Shown: one piece after another, positions 1 to 12,000 of the stretch | Layout: the number at the start of each line of letters is the position of its first letter | Position numbering within the stretch: position 1 is the first letter of the stretch | Virus record (IMG/VR): IMGVR_UViG_3300044609_000721 | Source of the DNA: a virus | Length of the DNA: 64,000 nucleotides | Strand: one strand, 5' to 3' | Translations under genes and position numbers: made by a program | The notes under the pieces: model-generated | What the model was told of the DNA's origin: nothing | Database searches by the model: none | The model's input: only the letters and a program-made list of their open reading frames with translations

Positions 1-3000
1 TTGAACATAATCAGTTTAGCAGCATTTCTATATGCAATATTTGAAGCACTGTCAGTTGTTCTAGTAATACCAGTTAGGTTTCCATTCTGTACTGCTTGTG
101 ATAGGATTGCGAATAGAGTAGTAATAGCGGAAGCAACATTAGCACATTTTGGTGTGCTTGTGTCTACAGTTACATCGAGGTCTTTGACTTGAGTTTTGGT
201 TGTATATCCACCTAAAGTAATGGTCTCATTACGCATGGCCTGAATTGCCATGTCCCTTGCCTGATTAAATGCATATACTGCTTGTACTTCCTCTCCAGCA
301 AGATATCCATTAGTAATGTACAACTGAGCAGCATCATACATCTTATGGTTTCCACCATAACGAATATTGAAAGACAACTCACCAAGAATCGCAATGATAT
401 CATCAATACAATTCTGATTGCCATTTGGAATAGTGAACGTTGGATACTGATTCAACATTCTTCCTACTGCAACTTCTGCAATTAGTTGCTTGTTTGCTTC
501 AATTAGATTTGCTGCATCAAAGTTTCTATTCTGGTATTGATCTCTCTCTGGTAGAAGAATAGAGATTGCCTTTGTGAATAGAGTATCAATTGCGGATTTA
601 ATATTTGCACATTGACCACCATAGGTACCATCATCTAGAGTAATTGTATTGTCAGTGTACTTAGGTGTAGACGACCATTGTGCAGAGTATATTGTATTTG
701 TTCCAGTAATTCTCCAATTATCTACAGCATATTGGCAAAGTCTATTTGTTTGCTCAAGAGCATAGATTGTTGGTAGAAGTTCATCCTTCACATATAGGAT
801 ATCATTCACAGCATTGATATAATATGTCATAGCATCAATAGTATTAGCATCACCACCAGAAATCAAGTCTGCGATGATTGATGGGATGATATAATCTTTA
901 ATGTCTCTAATGCAAGTATTTTTACCTTCTAGTCCGTTTGGATAAACAAACGCATTATATGGAACTCCATTCAAGTAGTATGTGAAATAATTAGTAGTTA
1001 ATCCTACAGATTCCTCTGCAATAAATTTCCTGTTGAACCAGAGAGCATTTGACGCATCCTTATATACATCACCAGTTGTGCATAGTACTTCATTGATCAA
1101 TGACCACAAAGTATCAATTTTGGATCTAACGTCAGCGCAATCTCCAGGATCTGTGGTAATGTCAAGAGGCTTAATAGGACTTTGATTTGTGTATTGTGGT
1201 GTTTGTGATAGATCTCCAATAACAGCTTGCTGACATAGAAGATTCATTTGCTCATGAGCATATAGACTTTGCAGAACCTGCTTAGTAATATATCTCAAAC
1301 CGCCATTTTCATCAATATAGAATCTTGCTCCAGTTAAGGTATTATAATTTCCACCCTTTTCAATATCATCAGCAACTGCTTGTAGTAGAAGATTTAGGTC
1401 AAGTTTGCATCTGCTAGTTCCATCACCTGTTCCATCCTCATCTCCTGGAATAATCAAATCAGAATATAGATTCTTCATTCTTCCAGCAGCTTCTTCGATG
1501 ATATAAGTTGCATTCAATCTAATTAAATTAGCTGCATCTCTAAATCTGTGATGTGTATCATCATAGAATTGATATGTGATAATTTTATCAGTTGCAGAAT
1601 ATACTTGCTCCACATCAAATGGGATATCCAAGTATGTGGAAATTATCGCAGTAACTGTTCCAATATTAGTTCTTGTTATAGAAGAAATTGATCCAGTGCT
1701 AATACCTTGGGTTACTATCGCAAATAATGTGGTGATAGAAGATGCAACGTCAGCACAATCTCCAGGGATATAAACTCCTGGTTCTCCAGATTGATCTCCC
1801 TCTACAGTCAGATCCTTCACTTGAGTTCTGGTTGTATAACCACCTAAAGTGATGGTCTCATTACGCATGGCCTGAATTGCAAGATCTCTTGCCTGATTAA
1901 TTGCATAAACAGACTGAGTTTCTTCACCTGCCAAATATCCATTAGTGATGTATAATTGTGCTACATCATACGCTCTATGGTTTCCACCATATTTTACGTT
2001 AAAGCACAATTCATCCAAGATAGAAATGATATCATCAATGCAGTTTTGATTTCCATTTGGTACAGTAAATCCAGGGAAGTTTGCTAGCATTCTTCCTACT
2101 GCAACATCCGCAATTAGAAGTTTGTTAGCAAGAATTAAATCAGAAGCATCTGCGTATCTTCCTGATACAATGTCATCATTTGAAACAAATGACTTATCAG
2201 TTGAAATTGTATCTCCAATAGAGAATGAACCAGACTTCTCACCAAGGAAAACATATTTTAATGCATAGTTAACTCCAATAACCTCTGCTGTGAATCCGCC
2301 ATTAGTTACAATTTGATCTCCTGCCTGGAAGTTTCCTCCCAATAGAGATTTGTATGCCAATTTCTGAACCATTGCAGTTTCATTAGCAGTAAAATCACCA
2401 GTTGAATTGATATATTCAATTTCTAGATTTTGGATAAATTCTCCATTTTGGAAAGTTGTGGAATCATCATATACATTTTCGAATGTTGTTGATGAAACAA
2501 TTTCAAATTCTGGGAATTTACCTTCGACCTTTAAAGTGGAATCATCTAAATCTACAACTTCAATACTAGACTTACTGATATCATCAATGATGACATTGGG
2601 GTATTCTGGTTGTATAATTCTGTTGTATAGCAGAGCAGAGAAAGTACTTGGATCACTAATTGAAATTGATGAAAGTGGTTCACCAGTTGTTGGATCAATG
2701 TATGGACTGATACTTGTTACTCTAGCAAGAATTCCTGTTTTAGCAGAGATGATGTAATCATTAAACTTAATATCCAATAGTCCAGAAGGACTTTCATAGG
2801 TACCAGAAGTTTTACTAACGATAATTTCATTAGTTACTATACTTGTAGTAGAATCTAGGTTGATTTCTTCAACAACAGCAGTTTTTCCGCTGGTGTTTGT
2901 GATAGATTCTTGGAATTGGAAGGTATTTGTATTTTCTAGTTCTGTTACAGAAACTAAATTAGCACTCAATCCTGTTGCAGATGCAAGAATGATTTCACCT

Positions 3001-6000
3001 TCTTGGAAAGTTCCATTGATATTGAATACTCTAATGGTGGAAGTTGTTGACGAAATTACAGTCGCTGTAGCAAGGCTCAAAATACCTCTAATTGTCTGAC
3101 CAAGTTCTGGTAGAATACCACTAGAATCTTCAATTGCAATCTCATATGATGGTAGGAATTGCAATGTTAACATTGCATAACTTACCTTTGTTGGTGCAGG
3201 AGGTGGCTCTTTAAATACGATGCTTCCTTGAATGATCTCATATGATTCTACTGGTGATTGTGCAATACCATTCAGAATTACTTGTACTTGACTGGTATTG
3301 GCAATAATTGTAGAACCATCAATAGTTAGTGGGAAAGAAGTTCTTTCACCATCAAATAGATTTGAAATATCATCAATTTTCTGTACATATGAAGTGAGAA
3401 TTTCTTCCGATGAAGTTAGTCTCTTAGTTCTGAATAAAACTTGAGTATTATCAAACTCTTTGTATACAGGTTCAACGAGACCAAAGTTGTCAATATTTGC
3501 AACTACTGAACTCTCAATCAAATTAACACTCTTTGTCAATTGGAAATCTGTTTTATCAGTCAGTCCTTTTTCTTCATTGTAAACTCCAATTTCACCAAAT
3601 AATTTAAATCCAGTTGGGTGAGTGTTGTCTAGTACAATAGTCTTCCATTGGTCGATTGAAACTGGGCTCTTAATGTTATATGAGAAGGCCTGATATAGAT
3701 AAGAGTCCTGTACCTTCTGTACAATCTCGTTGGTTTTACCAACGTCATCGAGGAACTTACCAGCAGTTTTTGTGATTGAATCGACCTGAATAACTCCTTT
3801 CGCAGCATTGATATTATTGATTGTTCCACTAGATTTAGAAATTGTTCCAGTCACAATCTGACCTTCTGCGAAGGTACCTTCGGTATCGATTAGTTTTAGT
3901 AGTCTAGGACCAATTTGCCATCCATCATTTCCAGAAACATATCCTTTTGCAGAAGAGTTTTCCAGAGAATCTCCCTGATAAACCAATTCACCAGAAAGGA
4001 ATCTACCAGTTTCTACAACTGCTTCTGCAGATCCACCAAATGAATTGGTTAGTAGAATCTGTCTACCACTACCAGTATTCACGAATGAAATATAGTTACC
4101 AGATTCTGCATCTCCTGGTGTCAGAGCAATTCTCAACTGATCATTTTCAAGACCAGCAGTAGTTCCAGAAATAGCATAGTAAATTTGACCAGGAACAATG
4201 TATCCAAATGAAGTGATTGGGAATGCTGCACCCTCACCCAAATCTTGAATGTCAAATGTTATTTCAGACCCATTTCCAATACCATGTGGGAATGGTAGTT
4301 GGAATAGACCAAGATCTAGGTTGATTACGTAGGTAAATGTAGATTTTAGTTCAATTGTTGGTTCGGTACTATATCCAAATCCAGGATTTTTGATTAGAAT
4401 ACCGCTAATTCTACCGTTTCTAATTTCTGCCTCAGCAGTAGCGCCAGATCCACCGCCACCAGTGATTACAACTTCAGGGATAGAAGTATAACCGCTTCCT
4501 GGATCAATTACTTTAATATTGCTCAGTACACTAGTATTGATTAATTGTAAGTTTACTGGGAAAGTGATTTCTGGTCTAAGTGTATAGTCATGGGTATAAT
4601 CGAAACCAAAGTTATTGTTTCTTAATTTTTTGATTTTACCTACGTTCTCACCCTTAACGAAAATAGAAGCTCCAGTTCCTTTTGGTGGAATGATTACCTC
4701 AAGAACGGCACCAGAACCAGCTAGATTTGGACCAAGAATACCATCAATAGCATCAACATCAACAAATGCCTCAGTGTATCCCTTTCCAGGATCCGTAACA
4801 ACAACCTCAATGATTTGGCCAACTGGATCACTATTTCCATCTACTCTAATTCTAACCTTACCTCCGTTACCATCTCCAAGAATTGGTACACCAAAGTACT
4901 CACCTGGTTCATATTCAGTTCCAGGAGTTCTAATTTCAACTCTCTCAATCTTTCTAGATGATTGGATGTCAGTAATGATTGGTAGTTTTTTGTAGAATCC
5001 ACCACCACTGATCAGACGAATCGATGAAATCGATCCAGCAACTTTTGTTGACTCTGTTGAGTATGATGATGTGAATGACTGTGCATTCTTTTCTGGGTCG
5101 ATATCCAATTTAAACTTAAACTTATTAGCACCCGTAGTGACAGTAGCTCCTTCCAAAGAACTAATTTCAAATCTTCCAATGTATGGACTTCTAACTACGT
5201 CAATGTAGGAAGATTTTGCTACTGGACTGAATTCATTAATTCTGGATGGGTCTGCATAGTAACTGATATTAGAAACATCATCCGTAACCTTAAACGAAAT
5301 GAATGGAGATACCCCAGGAGCATCTAATCCAGGAGTTCCTCTTCTTACAATATTTTTGAATGTGTATTCAATCTTGTTGAGATTATCTCTATAGAATGAT
5401 AGGTAATATCCTTGGTTTGATGGATCTGATACATCAAACGTATACTGTTGCCCATAAATGAATTTAAATACTGGATGCTTGACGTAAATTAAGATTTGCG
5501 TACCAGATCCAATAAACGATCCTGGAACTTCCCTTATTTGGAAAATAAATTCTCTCTGAGAAAGAACCTGATCTACGTAGAAAGATCCATCTGCATAGGT
5601 ATATTGTGGACTTGTTGATCCAAAAATATTATCTCCAGCATTTAAGTAATGTGAAGTTGCACTTCTAATGTAAATTCTGTTTGTATTTGAAATTTCATCA
5701 ATTTGAAGAGTCTTCTTGAGATTTGTGATTAGAGTAATCTTAGTTACAGAGGAAAGACCTGCAATAGTGACACTATTTCTTGCAGTATTGAAACTAAAAT
5801 ATGAACTTCCTAGAACAACTACAGAACCTTTAGCATACGGAGATCCTGCAATAATTTCATCAATTCTTACTGCATAGTCATCATCACTATATGGTTTAAA
5901 TGTTGCCTCTACTTCTACTGGGATATTAATTGCAAAAGTTCCTGGAGAAGTATTTACTACGCCCTCAAATCCATAATTTACAATTTCATTGATGGATTCA

Positions 6001-9000
6001 TCCGAACTTCCTAAAGTGCCAGAATCAACTACAAAAGAACCAGTAGTATCAGCAACATAGATGTAATTATTGGAATAATCGATATCTACAATTTTTGCAG
6101 ATGCAATGATAGCATTCAGACTATTTCTTTGAAGAAGATTTGTACCAACATTGAATCTAAAATCTTGATTGATGTGTAATTGTCTAATGTTATCTAACTT
6201 CGATACATTGAAGTAATTGAAGAAGAATTTGCCAAATGCTTTAGATGAAAATACTGCCTTTCTTCCACCTGGAGAAGGAACTGTAGCAGTTCTTGTACTC
6301 CAAGAATCATATACTGTGGTAGGAATATGATAATCTTGTGTCAATCCTGATGTAGCAGCATTGAAATCTAATATTTGAAGTCCATCTGGACCAAGTGCAT
6401 ATGGGATATTGATGAGTTCTAAATTATTAACTACAGGAATAGTAATATTGGATCTGGTAATATCAAAACTATTATTTGTCAAATTGATAGTACCCATTCT
6501 CTCTGAGTCTGCATTCTTATCAAACTTCATTATGAAACCACTAGGATTCGCATAGTCAAAACCACTAAATTCTGCAGTAGGAGCACTGGTGTATGCTATA
6601 GCGTAATTACTATATCTGAACTCATCCAACTTGACTGGCCAAGAATTATATGATGTAGTTGATCCAATTTCTACTGTTGATGGATTTAGATTGAAACCAG
6701 TGGTAATCTGTGCAACAGATGAACCATTAAAATATAAAGTATAAGTTGCAATCGAAGAAGATGTGTTATAAGATTTGCTTACTGAAATGTGTCTATATCC
6801 ACTACTCAACAGAGTCACTGCGTTAGTGATAGTAGTAAACTGTGAAATGGTAGCCCCACCATTGGAGATTCTTAATTTTCCAAAAGTTGATGGTGAAGAA
6901 CTATCAGCAAATACCGAAACTTTAATTGAATTTGTTCCATCGGTTATGGTCAATAAATCTGGAACTTTTGCAGATGCTGCAGTATCCCACTTAAACCATC
7001 CTTCAATGGTCCAAACGTTTGACTGTGTTGTTAGTGCTGTTGCAGATAATTTTGCATTTTGTGAAATAGTGTAGGCATTGGTGCCGAACTTGGGATCAGT
7101 GTTTACACTAACTGTTCCTGTGGATGTTAGGTTTGCATATCTACCTACAGTATCTGAATATGAAGATCCCTTATATAAGAACTGTGTTCTATTTTCAATG
7201 ATATTACCAACTAAAGTAGGATCTCCAGAAACATCAGATGAACACTTGGAAATTTCTACTCCTTCTAGAGAGGTCATCTCATAAGAATTCAAGATATCAC
7301 CATTAAACTTACACTTAATGATACCAGAATGCAATTGCGATGTGATATCCACTGCAGTATATCCGATTGCAATTTCACCAAATATATCGATGGATGATTT
7401 TGCTGCGGATAGTGAAGTGATACTTGGGATTGAATATTCTTTATTGAAGATTAAATCTCCATCTGCATCAACTTTAATTAGTGCTAGTTTTGTTTTTGTT
7501 GATGTGGATGAGTTCTCTAATGCAGATGTGATGTATAACTCATCATACTCATCGATAAGCAGGCTCAGATCTTCGAACTTGGTATTTGAATATGATATTT
7601 CCTTTTGCCAAATCGTGTTGATCTTAGATCCATCAATCTTACACTTCACTAGAAGAATATTATCTGCTGCGGTTGACTGACCCAAAATATAAATGTTATT
7701 GTCACTATCAACTTGAATTGACTGTAGTTTTTCTGATGAAGATGTTGAAGTAATTTTTCTCTTGATTAGGACATCACCACCATTAGAAATATAGAATACA
7801 ATTCCGTCGTTTACTCCATTGCTATTTGTTGTGGTATATCCACACGCAACTACATTCTCTCCATATGCTGCAATATCTGTGATGTAATCATTTCTGTTTA
7901 CTCCACTAATACCAGCAAGTTCTCTTTGCCAAGATAGAGATACTTCAGTGCCACTAGAATTTTCAGTATATTTTGCAATGAAAATATCTGGGTTGAATGC
8001 AGATGCTGAAAGTGGATTTGGGTAAGTTTGTCCAATTACATAAACATCTAGTCCATTTTTAGTTACGGATAATAATTGACAACGCTTCGCCTGTGCCGAA
8101 GGTTGAATAGATGTTAGTGATTTTGACCATAGTGTAGTACCCTCAGCATTTAACTTACTGATGTAACCATGGATATCACCATTTGTTGAAGTCACTGATC
8201 CAACATAGTATAGATTTTTGTTCTGATCTACAAATGAATTGTTAATGTTTACTCCAGATTGATACTTTTTGTTTACTGAATAGTATACTGATCTCTTTTG
8301 GATTTGTGGGTGAGATATTCTAATTTTTGGATTGTCAACATATCCTCTACCAGAATTTGTGATATTGATTTTATCGAGGATACCTGTTTTTCCTACTACT
8401 GCCTTGACCTCGGCTTCTTGACCACTAATACTATCGATAAATGCTTCAACTTCGATATTTGGATCATATCCAATACCACTTACTTCTACACTTACTTCCT
8501 CTAAACCTTTTACGGTAATGACCTTGAGTGTTTTACTTGTAGGTTCCATGATTGGAGTTGTATCAACACTCACAAAGTCACCGATTTCCATATTGTGTGG
8601 TACAGCGGTCTGTACTACACCAAAATATTCATCCTGTGCGGTATTGTATTCGTATGTGTATGAAGTGATCTGTTCTCCTTGAATGGATTTAATTGATGCA
8701 GATGCACCATATCCTTCTGTACCTTCATCATCAAAAATCAGTCTATCATTGACTTGATAGTTAATACCTGGGTTTTCGATCAAGAAGTCTGAAATTTTTG
8801 CTTCTTCAAACTTTGTTGTAGTTTCAACTTCAATATCAACCTTTGATGAAATATCAATCTTGGGGAAATAATCGAAGAGTTCTAACTTAGATTCTTCGAA
8901 AATTTGATCAGGATCACTCGCCTCAGATGAATCGATGAAACCATCTCTATTTTCATCCTCAATTTCAAACGTTAGGACATCACCATTCTCTAGAGTTAGA

Positions 9001-12000
9001 GCATTTGTACTTTCATTTGGATCTCTTTCTACATCAATATCAACATTTTCAAATGGTGCTCTGTATCTAACAATACCAGTAGGGATGTTAGACTGGATTG
9101 CAAACTGCGTTAGATTCCAACTATCTGGAATTGAGTAGAAGTTTGGTCCAATGATATATGGGAAAGCAGCACTTCCATCTGCATTTAAAGTTACGAAATA
9201 AGCATACGTACCTTCTGGGAATTCAGGAGTTTTGGTGAATCTGCCATTATATTGATCGAGATAAAATGCCTCACTTCTGAATACATACTCATAATCTTGA
9301 ATGAAAGTTCCTGCAGGGAAGTCTTGTAAAGATGGACCTGCAATTCTATATGGTTCTGGGTTAGTTACACTATTGAATACCAGATTCGTCTTAAGGCTGT
9401 AACTACTTTGGATTGGTACAATGTTGCTACTTAGATTTGTTGGGTCAGACAGTCCATATGGACCATAAATGGGATTGCCATCAAATGCCCATCCAATGAT
9501 TGGAGAGTGAACAATACCAGACTGCTTCTCTACAATAACTCCATTTTCTACAGTTAAGTTATCGCCAAGTACATATCTTAGTTGCTTTGGATTTGATACG
9601 TGCCCATATTCTCCACCAAATTGCTTGTTAAATCCTTCGAAGATAGAACCGTTTGCATAATCAAAGTTTGTGTTGCTGTTTAAGTTATAAGTCCACTCAA
9701 AAATTTCAGTTTGGAAATCTGCTCCTTCTCCAATAGATTCTAGTCTAATTTGAGTAGTACCTGGTTTATACCCAATACCTCTATTCAGAATAGTGATGGA
9801 AATCACTCTTCCTGCTTCTAGTCCTTCGGATTGAATATTTGCTCTTGCTACAGCACCATAACCATCACCAGTAATAATGACCTTAGGAGCGGTAGTATAA
9901 CCGTTACCAGAGGCGATAACTGCAATTGATACAATCCTGCCATTATTTACATACGCCTGTGCTGCAGCGCCTTCTCCGCTGCTTAGAACGACTTTAGGCT
10001 CTGATGTGTAATCTTGACCAGATGATACTACAAGTACTTCTTTGATTGGTCCTCTAACAAACGCCTCAGCAGCTGCTCCAGACCCTCCTCCACCAGTAAT
10101 TGTAATGGTTGGTTTTGATGTATATCCTGAACCTGGGGTATTTACTAAAATTCTAGATACAACTCCTTTTGTGACGATAGCAGTTGCTGATGCACCCTCT
10201 CCGTCGCCACCACCAGAAATTGAAACTAGAGGAGATGATGTGTATCCAGAACCACTATTTGTTACAACAATCTCAGAAAGAGATCCATTTACGACAACAC
10301 TACCAGATGCACCAGTACCATTTCCACCAACAAAATCAAGTACTGGTGGATTTGCTGCGTCATAATTCTTTCCATAATTTAGTATATTTACTTTAGTTAC
10401 TCCACCATATTTGTAGGTGGAATCTGATTTGTAGTTCCATACAGAAATACCATTCACAAATGAACCAACAGGACCATATTGTGTTTCTGGTTTTAGTGAG
10501 ATTGTTGATGGTACTTTGGGGAATCTATATAATTTTCTTTGGTTGCCTGGAAGTAATGAAGTACCTACAAAGGGACCAATCTTATAGTTTGGAATACCTG
10601 ATGTAGCTACATAGACATACTTGCCATTAAAGAAAGTATTCTGAATATTGGTAGCAAACTTATTAATTGAGTTGTTGATTGATGGAACATCACTCTTTCC
10701 TTTGTTCAAGTCAATCGAGATTAGGATATTGCCTTGAGGATTTAGAGTTGCTGGTTGAGGAAGTTCGTATTTGAATACAGTTGCGCTTTCTCTTGAAGTT
10801 ACTAGGAACGTTCCATTGTATACAATTGGGTTTGCACCATATACAGTAACTTGATCTCCAACTAGAAGACCGTGAGCAGATGTGCAATTGACAGTCGCAG
10901 TTTGATCATTGATACCACCATATGTGATACTATCGATCTGCAGTAGTTTTTTGACGTTATACAACCAAGATCTGATTAGATTGTTATCTTCAATAGATCC
11001 TAATTTAGATACTGAAAGTTTATCTCCAGGTAGATAGTAACTACTTTCATCAGTTAGTTGGGTATTACCAGACTCAACGATACCAAGAACTGATAGAACT
11101 ACTTCTTCGGTAGTTCCCTGATTCGAATAGATGTAGAAGTTTGATGTACAAATAGTTCCAGAATCCCAAGACGCTGGTTCCTGATTAATGCCTCTAGTAC
11201 ATTCAATAAATTGAGTTAGTGATTTCTCCTTATAGCGAATTATCTCAGTACCAATAATAACTTCTCCGTTCTTTTCTGGCCATCCAATTGTGGAGTCTAC
11301 AGTAATAATAGAATCTTGATCTGATAGTGGTTCTGCAAGTCTAGTCTTATATGGAATGACGAATTTACCATTAATGGATTCTTCAGAAAGAATCAATTCA
11401 TATACGTCAAAGTTTGCAGTCTGAATTGCAGTGAAGTTCTCTACTGTTGCAGATGCATACAGAACATTAGTATCCACTACATCCGCATTTTGCTCTAGAA
11501 GAGAGTCTTTTAGATTTTGGGGATTTCCAGAGATTAGTTTAGCACGAAGGATGGTATCAATAGACCAAGTTGCTGCAGATGGTTTAATGATCTGGTCTTT
11601 TGGATAGGTGATATCAATTTCAACACCGTATAGAATTTTAAATAGGTATGCAATTGAATTCTTAGTACCCTTAGATGCATAGAAATCTTTTATAGTTCTA
11701 AGAACATTTGAGATGTCAATAGAATCAATATCCAGTTGAGGCATTCCTGGAAGATACTGAGATGTAATCTTCTCCATGATTTTTCTGAGGAATACCGCAT
11801 CAAGTCCTTTAACATCGCTACCACTGATGTGAGATGCTTTGATGGATTCTGATTCTGATTTAAATACAGCATTATCCTCAGAATCATATTCTACGATTCC
11901 ACTAACTCCTCTGCTACACTGAGCAAATTCTGACTTTGTATAGTTTTTACCTGGGTTAATTACACGAAATCCAGTAATTTCACCAATTCCAATTTGAGCA

